This document shows positions 6,736 to 15,030 of a stretch of 25,101 nucleotides of DNA, one piece after another (position 1 is the first letter of the stretch; each line of letters opens with the position of its first letter). The notes under the pieces were generated by a model. That model searched no databases. It was not told the DNA's origin and worked only from the letters and a program-made list of their open reading frames with translations. This stretch comes from Actinomyces viscosus (GTDB lineage: Bacteria > Bacteroidota > Bacteroidia > Flavobacteriales_D > Crocinitomicaceae): NCBI GenBank assembly GCA_943326975.2, contig CALPVI020000001.1, positions 1 to 25,101 of the forward strand. The letters run 5' to 3'. Position numbers and translations under genes: made by a program.

Positions 6736-7986
6736 TTAATTATTTTTATTTGAATCAAGTATAGTTAATAAATTCTCTACACTCTCAAGACTTCCTTCTA
6801 TCCAATTCGGATTTGAAGAAAAATGTTCTCCGATTGCATAGAAATGTTCCCCAAGTTGCACGGTTTTTTTAAGCTCATAAATTTTATGAAAAAAACCTTT
6901 ATTATAGACCCAATAACAGCCGTTAAATCTTGCATCATTATAATCTTGAATGTAAATCTCTTGTATGTCTTTTTGTCCAAAATAGGAATTCAGACGATCA
7001 CAAATCTCTGAGTGTCCCCATTCCTTTTTCAATGAAAGTAAATACCATTCAAATACATTCGCACTGTGCTTGATGATTCTAAATGGCTCATCTGTAAGAA
7101 TATAATCTTTAAATTTATTCGACAAATCACCTTCTTTTAAAGTGAAATAACCTTTTATACATTTTCCATAACCCCCAAAAGTCAAATATCTTTTAAGTTC
7201 ACTTTGAATTTCATCGGGTAGCATTACTTTTTCTAAGCTTGATAAACTGCTTGTAACCACAATATTTTTAGCTGTATATAATTCAGTACTAGTATGTACT
7301 TTAAAACCTAAATCACAATTCTCAATTTTTAAAACTTTCTGATTAAAAAGAATTTCTAATTGATTTTTTTCAACTAGCCCATTTACAATTCCAATCATTC
7401 CATTTTTTAAACGATAAACTTTATCTTCAGTATCAGTCATATTCGACAAATAACAAAAAGCTGCTTCGTACAAGGTAGTTTGTTCTAACATTAAATCAAT
7501 GTCACCTAAAAAATATAATTTCGTTGGTTCAAAAGCTATTCCTTTATCAGCTAACCAATTTTTGAATAAAATAGCATCCCATTCTGCTGGTTGTAAACGT
7601 TCAAAATCAGCCAAATTTAGAACTCCTTCTTTAATTAAGAACTTACTTAACTCTTCTAAAGGGTCAACTTCTTCCAATTGTTTAACTAAGTCATCTATAT
7701 CCGAATAAAAAGTATCATTCCAAAAAATAGAAGCTGAATCGTTTATATGTTCAGTTAGTTCTAAATTCAATGTTTTAACTAATCCTAAAGTACGTTTGTG
7801 TGCACTCAATAACCTAGCAGCACCTAATTCAATAGGAAACGATGAAATTTGTTTGGTCTGAATTCTTCCTCCAGGGTTTTCGTCACTTTCCAAAAGTATA
7901 AATGATATATTTCTTTTTTTAAGCTCCGCCGCCAAAGTAATTCCACTTATACCTGCTCCTATTATTAAAAAAGTTGTTGTTTTCAA
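6736..7986 (-). CDS. FAD-dependent amine / L-amino-acid oxidase family protein
   Basis: TTG start. IIGAGISG dinucleotide-binding motif, E...GGRIQT, IELGAAR and C-terminal GEH...WIEGSLES. 2-nt gap to the SDR suggests an operon. Confidence 0.85.
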   Translation of the reverse strand: MKTTTFLIIGAGISGITLAAELKKRNISFILLESDENPGGRIQTKQISSFPIELGAARLLSAHKRTLGLVKTLNLELTEHINDSASIFWNDTFYSDIDDLVKQLEEVDPLEELSKFLIKEGVLNLADFERLQPAEWDAILFKNWLADKGIAFEPTKLYFLGDIDLMLEQTTLYEAAFCYLSNMTDTEDKVYRLKNGMIGIVNGLVEKNQLEILFNQKVLKIENCDLGFKVHTSTELYTAKNIVVTSSLSSLEKVMLPDEIQSELKRYLTFGGYGKCIKGYFTLKEGDLSNKFKDYILTDEPFRIIKHSANVFEWYLLSLKKEWGHSEICDRLNSYFGQKDIQEIYIQDYNDARFNGCYWVYNKGFFHKIYELKKTVQLGEHFYAIGEHFSSNPNWIEGSLESVENLLTILDSNKNN

Positions 7987-7992
7987 ATCCCA

Positions 7993-8024
7993 CTTGATTA
8001 TTAAACTTTAAAAGTATAAGTTTG
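7993..8024 (+). promoter_or_regulatory. Bacteroidota promoter for the GH99-like / PhyH pair
   Basis: TAAGTTTG at 8017-8024 (exact -7) and CTTG at 7993-7996 (3/4 match to the -33 element), 20-nt spacer. Confidence 0.6.
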
Positions 8025-8037
8025 CTTTGACATTTTT

Positions 8038-9102
8038 ATGAAAATATTTACTTATTATTATCCAGGGTATTATAATGACAGTTATAGGTCATCTGGAACA
8101 GAATGGAACAGTGTTAAATCTTGTTTAGCAAGATCAAAACAACATTATCAACCTAGAGTTCCAATCGATGGTTATTATGATCAGTCTCTTTTTGACGAAG
8201 CTAAAAAACAAATCTTAACGGCAATTAAATATGGTATAGATGGTTTTATGGTTTGCTGTTATTGGGATTTTGAAACACATCAACCAATTATGGATGAGCC
8301 ATTAAAACAGCTACTGAAGGCTTCTGAGGGTTTAGACTTTAAGATAAACTTAATGTGGGTGTTACGATTACCTCATAAAGAATTACCTATCACTTATGGT
8401 AATTTTGGAAAATATTCTAATCATCCTTGGTTCATTAAGCGAATCCAATCATACAGATACGATCAACTATTTCTTGATTATATTCAGTCCATTTCAAAAC
8501 ATCCAAACTACCGAAAAGATTCTTTAGGAAAACCTATTCTTCAAATATATTCTGTATCTGAAATTGTTGAATCTTCAGAAGAGGCAATGCTTGAAGTTAG
8601 CAGGGACTTAAAAGGGTTTCACTTACAAGGAATTTGTGGAAGAAATGATGAATGGATTTCAAATTCTCAAGAAATAGGACTTGATAGTATTTCAAGTTAT
8701 GTAACACTAGTAGACTTTAACACCAAAAAAAACTTGCTTACACACAAGGAATGTGTTGCAGATCAAAAAAATGTTTGGAGTCATATTCTTGAGCAAGCAA
8801 ATGTTCCATTTTATCCGAGTATTTCAAGTGGATGGGACGCTTCAGCACGCGGGTCATATTTAAAGGGATTCAAAGTAAATAAATTTCCATGGGCTCCAAT
8901 TGTAAAAGATGCCAATCCAAAAGATTTTTTCACTAATTTAGAACTAGTTAATGCGTATTTTTCACCCCTTAATCTAGAAATACATATTGCTAGTTGGAAT
9001 GAATGGAGTGAAGGGCATTATATAGAAGCGGATGAAAAATTTGGCTATTCTTTTTTAGAAACAGTTAAAGAGTTTAAATCACAGAATAAAAAAACGTTAT
9101 AA
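8038..9102 (+). CDS. GH99-like domain protein (WbsX / PF14307-type)
   Basis: YYYPGY, EW, P..GYYD, A.KYGIDGF...YW, GWDASAR and WNEWSEG (E322/E325). No signal peptide. Confidence 0.85.
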   Translation: MKIFTYYYPGYYNDSYRSSGTEWNSVKSCLARSKQHYQPRVPIDGYYDQSLFDEAKKQILTAIKYGIDGFMVCCYWDFETHQPIMDEPLKQLLKASEGLDFKINLMWVLRLPHKELPITYGNFGKYSNHPWFIKRIQSYRYDQLFLDYIQSISKHPNYRKDSLGKPILQIYSVSEIVESSEEAMLEVSRDLKGFHLQGICGRNDEWISNSQEIGLDSISSYVTLVDFNTKKNLLTHKECVADQKNVWSHILEQANVPFYPSISSGWDASARGSYLKGFKVNKFPWAPIVKDANPKDFFTNLELVNAYFSPLNLEIHIASWNEWSEGHYIEADEKFGYSFLETVKEFKSQNKKTL

Positions 9103-9125
9103 TAAAGTTTGTAAATTAAGAATTA

Positions 9126-10133
9126 ATGAAACTACCAATTGATCAATTTAAAAAAGAAGGATACTTTCACGGAAAATCATATTTCAATAGCAACCTTATC
9201 GAACAATTACACAGCGAATTTAAGCTAGAATTTGAAAATAAAATCAAGCGTTTTAATGATCGTTTTAAAGGTAATCAAACTAATTACGGCGCAAATCATG
9301 ATATCAATCGTTGGAACATGTTGCTTCCAAGTGAATCACTTCTTTTAAGTTCTGGATTTTACGCTGAAAGTGCTATAATGGAAATTTTAAATGATGTGTT
9401 TAACAAGGATTTTTCATTGGTATTTTTCTCTTCAGATATAGCTGCTCCAGGTTCTAAATTTCAACAAATTCACCAAGATGGCAATGATTTTGCAGTTGCG
9501 TTAAATATTCCATTAATTGATTCAGATGAAGTAAATGGCGCTACACAAGTTTATCCAAAAACTCATTTAATCAATGATAAAGCCCCGTTTACAAATGATT
9601 CTAATATTTTTTCAGATGCTGAAATACTCGAAAGGGCTTCTAAACTTTCACCAACTTACTTGAATGTTTCAATCGGTGATTTTACACTAAGAGATCTTCG
9701 ATTAATTCATAGAGGCACACCGAATAAAAGCACCACAATTCGTCCTTATCTTTCAGCAATATATTTACCTGTTGAAAAGAATGAAGCACCTACTTTTGAA
9801 ACTATAGAAAGAGGCTTAGAAGTGTTTAATCAATTCAAAATGGAAGCTTTTCCAACAGGAAGAGCTGATTTAATAGATTACGCAAATACATTTGGTAGAC
9901 TTGTAATGGGAATGTCAAATTCAGATCGAATACAAAGACCTATTTCTAAAAAAATAAGCGATCAATTATCTAAGGATGCACTTTATTGTTTCAGATTTGC
10001 AAAATTTGAGGACTCTTCATTGAATGATAAAATTGTTAGAACCAAAGAAAGTAGTCAAGCGCTAGAAAATGAAATTTCTAATGCATTAAATGAATTTGAA
10101 GCGTTAAAAAATTCAGTTAAAGAGTCTGTTTGA
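9126..10133 (+). CDS. Phytanoyl-CoA dioxygenase (PhyH) family Fe(II)/2-oxoglutarate oxygenase
   Basis: H116-x-D118 (QQIHQD), NGATQVYPKTH, distal H195 (LIHRGTPN) followed by a conserved Arg. Confidence 0.88.
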   Translation: MKLPIDQFKKEGYFHGKSYFNSNLIEQLHSEFKLEFENKIKRFNDRFKGNQTNYGANHDINRWNMLLPSESLLLSSGFYAESAIMEILNDVFNKDFSLVFFSSDIAAPGSKFQQIHQDGNDFAVALNIPLIDSDEVNGATQVYPKTHLINDKAPFTNDSNIFSDAEILERASKLSPTYLNVSIGDFTLRDLRLIHRGTPNKSTTIRPYLSAIYLPVEKNEAPTFETIERGLEVFNQFKMEAFPTGRADLIDYANTFGRLVMGMSNSDRIQRPISKKISDQLSKDALYCFRFAKFEDSSLNDKIVRTKESSQALENEISNALNEFEALKNSVKESV

Positions 10134-10198
10134 TGATATAATGACAAAGTTATTACGAACGTAAGGTGATAAGTTGAAAATCCAAACCTTTTAAAAAT

Positions 10199-10235
10199 AA
10201 AAAAACCTGTAAATCAAATATTTACAGGTTTTTTT
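10199..10235. terminator. Bidirectional intrinsic terminator between the PhyH gene and the tRNA
   Basis: A7-CCTGTAAAT-caaat-ATTTACAGG-T7, a perfect 16-bp inverted repeat. Confidence 0.85.
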
Positions 10236-10240
10236 CACCG

Positions 10241-10314
10241 TGGTCCCACCTGGGCTCGAACCAGGGACCACCTGATTATGAGTCAGGTGCTCTAACCAAC
10301 TGAGCTATAGGACC
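10241..10314 (-). tRNA. tRNA with CAT anticodon, most likely tRNA-Ile2 (lysidine-modified); CCA not encoded
   Basis: Minus strand GGTCCTATAGCTCAGTTGGTTAGAGCACCTGACTCATAATCAGGTGGTCCCTGGTTCGAGCCCAGGTGGGACCA folds as a cloverleaf. C4:G69 and C5:G68 (TilS determinants in E. coli) favour Ile2 over Met. G1:C72 excludes fMet. Confidence 0.93.
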
Positions 10315-10341
10315 GGCACTGTTTTCACAGCTATTGGGATG

Positions 10342-10372
10342 CAAAGATAACAAAGAAAGTTAAATCTGCAAA
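10342..10372 (-). promoter_or_regulatory. tRNA promoter (-33 TTTG / -7 TATCTTTG)
   Basis: Both elements exact with a 19-nt spacer, 27 nt upstream of the tRNA 5' end. Confidence 0.85.
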
Positions 10373-10422
10373 TGGTAACTATAAATTTCTTCTAAGTACT
10401 ATTTATAATGTTTTAATCATAA

Positions 10423-11913
10423 TTAAAACATGTATCCAATCATGAAATTAATATCAAAGTTTGGATTCTTGACTCTACTATTTATTAATAATTGACCAAA
10501 TGAAAAATCCCAACTGTAGCAGAAATGTTTGTGAATAAAACGTTTTCCACCAAATCTAACACCGTAATAAAGGTTGTATTGTTGGTTTGGGTAGTCCTCC
10601 AAATTGGTTGTGTCGTTTGTTTTTAAACTAGAATATATTAGTGTGGGACCGATGAATGCAGATTTAATGTAAGGAATGTAAATTGATTTTTTTAAATCTA
10701 AACCATATCCTTTATAATTAAAAGATTGCAGATTTTCAGTTTGATTTACATCTCCTTTCTTTTTTAAAGAATACATACCTCTTAAAGATAATCCCCAGAA
10801 TGGTAATTTTCTTTCAATCGAAAATGTGAAAGGTGCTTTATCATACTGAACATTAATGCCTGTGTATATTGACCATTTATATGAATTTCTTTTTTCCTGT
10901 AATTCTTTGTAATGCTGAATATCAATTGATTGATTATAAAAAGTATTATTATGTAGTACTAATTCATTTGTATATCCTTTACCTGCTTGCATCCATAAAG
11001 AACCAATTTCGTAGGTCCCACTAATTAATGATTTTTTAAAAATTTTGATTTCACACTTATATTGAGTTGTAATATTTTCTATTAGTGCAACTTTTTTTCG
11101 TTGACTATTTACTTTATATTCATAAACATAACCATTTGGTTGTTTGATCATGACTAAATAATTGGTTTGATCTGTAGAATAAATTTTTAACGCACCAACA
11201 TTATTTATAGCAACATCACTAGCATATTGTTTATAAATTCTTAATCCACAAGGATTATCTGCAGCCACATACTTATAAGCATAATTATTTGCGGATTGAA
11301 TAGTAGTATTACTTTCTTTGGCAAATGAATAACCTTCTAAAAAAGAACATTGTCTTTCACCAGGTGTTCCATGGTGGTTCGGTAACCAAAAATATTTGTC
11401 GCCCAATTCAAAAAACTCAGCTATCAAGATATTAATTTGTTCATTTGTATAATTATAGTTTTTTCCAATATAATATCCTGCTAAGAAATCACTATGAAGT
11501 TCCGGTCTTTTACCATTCTCTTCCCATCTAATTTCATTTTGAACTACGTGCCCAAACTCGTGAGCTAGCACTGCTTTTATAATTTCCAAACCTTGATTAT
11601 GAGATGCAATAAGTTTATTAATTAACAAATTTGTACCTAAAACAACTGTATGTGAATGATTACGATGATCTCTAATATAAAATGCATTCTCAGAAGTCTG
11701 ACCATTGAAGAAGCTAAAGTCAACTTTCACTTGAAAAAAGTTTTCTAATTTATTAATCTCAGAATAAACTATGCTATCTAAAGATTTTATACCCGAACTT
11801 TCTACAAGAAATGTTCCGTTAGGAATTGACTCTCCAGCTTTGTAGTAGCATTGACCAAAAGATAAGTAAGTGAAAAAAAGTATTGAAAATGTAATAGTAA
11901 AAAGTAATTTCAT
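10423..11913 (-). CDS. Secreted neutral zinc metallopeptidase with probable C-terminal outer-membrane beta-barrel
   Basis: Signal peptide; AHEFGH (H118/E119/H122); ELHSDFLAG third-ligand motif; HHGTPGER. C-terminal ~150 aa of amphipathic strands ending FMIGYMF. Confidence 0.8.
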   Translation of the reverse strand: MKLLFTITFSILFFTYLSFGQCYYKAGESIPNGTFLVESSGIKSLDSIVYSEINKLENFFQVKVDFSFFNGQTSENAFYIRDHRNHSHTVVLGTNLLINKLIASHNQGLEIIKAVLAHEFGHVVQNEIRWEENGKRPELHSDFLAGYYIGKNYNYTNEQINILIAEFFELGDKYFWLPNHHGTPGERQCSFLEGYSFAKESNTTIQSANNYAYKYVAADNPCGLRIYKQYASDVAINNVGALKIYSTDQTNYLVMIKQPNGYVYEYKVNSQRKKVALIENITTQYKCEIKIFKKSLISGTYEIGSLWMQAGKGYTNELVLHNNTFYNQSIDIQHYKELQEKRNSYKWSIYTGINVQYDKAPFTFSIERKLPFWGLSLRGMYSLKKKGDVNQTENLQSFNYKGYGLDLKKSIYIPYIKSAFIGPTLIYSSLKTNDTTNLEDYPNQQYNLYYGVRFGGKRFIHKHFCYSWDFSFGQLLINSRVKNPNFDINFMIGYMF

Positions 11914-12082
11914 TTGAAATAATTTAAAGAAAATGATTAAAAAAATTACTTTAATTACAAGATTTAGTGGAAGCGTTATTAACGTTCAACTATGAATACA
12001 TATAAGGCTAGTATCAATTTTTTTTAAAATTAACATTTTTAATTGAAATATAACATTTGTTCAATGAAGTTGTAAAATATTT

Positions 12083-12871
12083 TCAAAAAACAAAACGTTC
12101 AATTGCAATGAACAAAGAAACGGCAATCAGTAAGTAACTAAATACTTTTCGAAGAATTTTGCCAGTGAAAAACGCTTGAAGATATGTTCCGACATACACA
12201 CCCATCACTGTTAAAATTGTTAAATACCCCAACAACATAAAATCGAATGAATCATTGGTTATTTGTTTATTTAAAACATCCCCAATCAAAGCTCCAAAAG
12301 ATTGAATGGTAATAATGAGCATTGAAGTCCCAATCGCTTTTCGCATAGAAAGTCCCATTTTTGTTAAAGCTGGCACAATAATAAAGCCACCACCTGCTCC
12401 AATGATTCCTGCTAATAAACCCGTAAGAGAACCATAAATCACTATTCTACTTGTACTATTAGAGTATTCTTCGGGTATTTCTTTTTTGAAGATCATTCTA
12501 ATTGCTGTAATCATCATTACGAAAATCAGCAAAATAGACATGAGCATATCTTTTGAAGTATTGACTCCTAAAAGCTCAAATTTTTCTGGAATTAAAGGCA
12601 TAACCCAAAGTCGCATGACAAAAGCAACTATTGTGCTTGGAATAACAAATATAATCCCTTCTTTAAGTTCGAAATCTTTTGTTTTGATGCGTTTTAAAAC
12701 ACCTATCAAAGAGGCCATTGCTACAATAAATAAAGAATAGGTAGTAGCTTGTGTCATCGATACACCAAAAAAATAATGCACCACAGGTAGCGTAAGTACA
12801 GAACCGCCCCCACCAACTAAGCCTAGAATAATGCCGATTAAGATTGTAACTATGAACCCAATTATATGCAT
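12083..12871 (-). CDS. TauE/SafE family membrane transporter
   Basis: GLVGGGGSVLTLP and GIIGAGGGFIIVP motifs, multiple TM helices. Likely start 12871 (MHIIGF); the ORF track starts at 12910. Confidence 0.88.
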   Translation of the reverse strand: MHIIGFIVTILIGIILGLVGGGGSVLTLPVVHYFFGVSMTQATTYSLFIVAMASLIGVLKRIKTKDFELKEGIIFVIPSTIVAFVMRLWVMPLIPEKFELLGVNTSKDMLMSILLIFVMMITAIRMIFKKEIPEEYSNSTSRIVIYGSLTGLLAGIIGAGGGFIIVPALTKMGLSMRKAIGTSMLIITIQSFGALIGDVLNKQITNDSFDFMLLGYLTILTVMGVYVGTYLQAFFTGKILRKVFSYLLIAVSLFIAIERFVF

Positions 12872-12902
12872 GGCTTCAAAATTAGAAGAATAAATAATTT
12901 CT

Positions 12903-13922
12903 TCATGCAACTTTAGTTACAGACTTCATGCGCAGTGAAGCCATTCCTAAGGTTCCTAAAATAATTGTTGCAAATATTAAATGACTCGTTTGAACTAGTC
13001 CAGGCATATTTGCATAAGCAAGCAAAACGCCAGAAATTAATTCTAAAATCAATAAAATATAGGTAGTTCTGATAATCCAAAATTTATTTTCTTTTTCATT
13101 TTTCCAAGCAATAAATGTCAAAATAATCAAAACCAACCATGAAAAACTTCGGTGTATAAAAAACGGAAATCCTAACTTTTCTACCCAAGCATCTCGACTG
13201 TATCCTAATTTTGTTAATTCATCAATGCTCTCTCTCACTTGTGTACCCAGAAACATTTGAATAAACGTAATGACGAAGCATAAAACAACTAAGCCTTTTA
13301 AAAGTTTGCTTATTTCAATTCTTGAACTTTGTTTAGGGCTAACTTTATGAAGAATTAATAATTGTAAACCGATTATCAATAAGGCAAAAAATAAATGGAC
13401 AGTTATCGTCCAAGGCACAAGGTTAGTTGCCACGACAATCGATCCAAACCAAGCTTCAAAACCAATGAAAATCAAATTGGCAAAAGCAAGCAGTACAAGT
13501 TTTCTCTTTCTATATTTTAAGAGTGTCCAAATCAATACGATTAATACGGAATTTCCGGCTAAAAATCCAACCAACCTATTTGCGTATTCAGTCCATGTTT
13601 TTCTAGCATTAAAACTTTGTTCGATTAAAATGGATTTATCTTCTTTTATTTTATCAGCAATATCGGCCATGCCAATTGAACGAAGTAATTTTGAGAATTT
13701 TTCAATTTTCTTCCCTCTCTTTTCAGCGTAAATCTCTTTGTAATTAGTAGGCAGTTGATTTTTTTGGGTAGGCGGCACCCATTTCCCAAAACATTTCGGC
13801 CAATCTGGACAACCCATTCCACTTCCTGTTATACGAACAAAACTTCCAGCAACCACTACTAAAAAAATGAGCACCAGTGTTACCCAATTAAAACGAACAA
13901 AAGAAGTTGAATAGTTTGACAT
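12903..13922 (-). CDS. ctaA: Heme A synthase (COX15/CtaA family)
   Basis: GSFVRITGSGMGCPDWPKC, EYANRL, TVHL, IHR and SHL; multiple TM helices. Confidence 0.88.
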   Translation of the reverse strand: MSNYSTSFVRFNWVTLVLIFLVVVAGSFVRITGSGMGCPDWPKCFGKWVPPTQKNQLPTNYKEIYAEKRGKKIEKFSKLLRSIGMADIADKIKEDKSILIEQSFNARKTWTEYANRLVGFLAGNSVLIVLIWTLLKYRKRKLVLLAFANLIFIGFEAWFGSIVVATNLVPWTITVHLFFALLIIGLQLLILHKVSPKQSSRIEISKLLKGLVVLCFVITFIQMFLGTQVRESIDELTKLGYSRDAWVEKLGFPFFIHRSFSWLVLIILTFIAWKNEKENKFWIIRTTYILLILELISGVLLAYANMPGLVQTSHLIFATIILGTLGMASLRMKSVTKVA

Positions 13923-13983
13923 ACACTTTGTTTTAGAATGAATGAATCAACGTTTCTCCAAAAGAATTACTTTTAGACTTTCA

Positions 13984-13991
13984 CAAAGTTA
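13984..13991 (-). promoter_or_regulatory. -7 promoter element (TAACTTTG) for ctaA-tauE
   Basis: Exact TAnnTTTG 61 nt upstream of the ctaA ATG; TTCG at a 21-nt spacer. Confidence 0.6.
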
Positions 13992-14061
13992 ACTTTTATA
14001 TGAAACGTTAATCGAAATTCATTCATATTTTGTTAATTTCATTGCAACAAAAAGCCATACA

Positions 14062-14874
14062 ATGAAAAGTAAGAAATGTACAATTTTGGGATTAGGTTGG
14101 TTGGGTTTACCAGTAGCAAATCATTTGATCGAAAAGGGATTTAAAGTAAATGGTACGACTACATCTATTGAAAAAAGTGAACGAATCAATTCAACAACAA
14201 AAATAGAAGCATTTGTATGGAATTTAGAACATTCTCCATCTGAAGATTTAATAGCTAAAACAAGTAAAAGCAATGTAGTGATTGTAGCTATCCCTGCTTC
14301 TAAAGTATTTAAGAATTTAGATAATTTAATTCTGTTTTTAAGTGCCTTACCTCAAAAAATAGAGCTTGTTTTTTGTAGTTCTACTGGAGTATATCCAGAT
14401 GATTTAGTTACTTCATCAGAAACGTATCAATTTACAGAAAAAGATTTTTCGAATTCGAATGTTCAAATGGAAGTAAGATTGCAAAAAGAGCTACAACAAC
14501 GCTTAACTATTTTGCGTTTAGCAGGATTAATTGGAGCAAATAGACATCCTGTTACAATGTTGAGTGGGAGAGAAAATATTCCGGATGGCGATGCTCCCGT
14601 GAATTTAGTTCAATTAAAAGATGTTGTTTTATTCATAGATGCTTTGTTCGAAAAGAAATTTTTCGGTGAAATCGTAAATGTATGTTATCCAATCCACCCA
14701 ACACGTTCAGAGTATTATACATCCTGTGCTGAACATTTAGGGATACCTGTTCCTCATTTTCTTGAAGGAACAACCAAACTAAAAATAGTTTCATCTGAAA
14801 AATCGATTGTAGAATTAGGTTTTCATTATTTACATACAATAACATTGCATCCAATTAATTCAGCTTTAAATTAG
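14062..14874 (+). CDS. NAD(P)-dependent epimerase / atypical SDR (YeeZ-like)
   Basis: GLGWLG, SSTGVYP, ILRLAGLIG..RHP and VNLV motifs. Confidence 0.85.
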   Translation: MKSKKCTILGLGWLGLPVANHLIEKGFKVNGTTTSIEKSERINSTTKIEAFVWNLEHSPSEDLIAKTSKSNVVIVAIPASKVFKNLDNLILFLSALPQKIELVFCSSTGVYPDDLVTSSETYQFTEKDFSNSNVQMEVRLQKELQQRLTILRLAGLIGANRHPVTMLSGRENIPDGDAPVNLVQLKDVVLFIDALFEKKFFGEIVNVCYPIHPTRSEYYTSCAEHLGIPVPHFLEGTTKLKIVSSEKSIVELGFHYLHTITLHPINSALN

Positions 14875-15030
14875 TATTTCAAAGATGAAATCGGTTTCGA
14901 AAACTGAATTCTGAAAACAAAAGATTTAATTCAATAGTATTTTAAACTACTTGCGTCTAATATCTATGAATCAAGTATAATATTAAATTAATTTTATTAT
15001 TTTCGTGGTCTAAATTTTAAAAAATAGATA

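Noticed and set aside
1-10240. att-site duplication of the tRNA 3' end, or an integrase/transposase
   Set aside because: No second copy was found by eye. The short GGTCCCA and TGGGACC matches near 10955 and 10645 are inside a CDS and too short.
10241-10314. tRNA-Met or tRNA-fMet call for the CAT anticodon
   Set aside because: G1:C72 pairing and no GGG:CCC anticodon stem exclude fMet. C4:G69/C5:G68 favour Ile2. Elongator Met is not strictly excluded without tRNAscan-SE.
14875-15030. SAM riboswitch upstream of metK
   Set aside because: The region is AT-rich with no SAM-I/II core motifs, and a possible -7 variant (TATTTTCG, 14998-15005) leaves only a ~20-nt leader.
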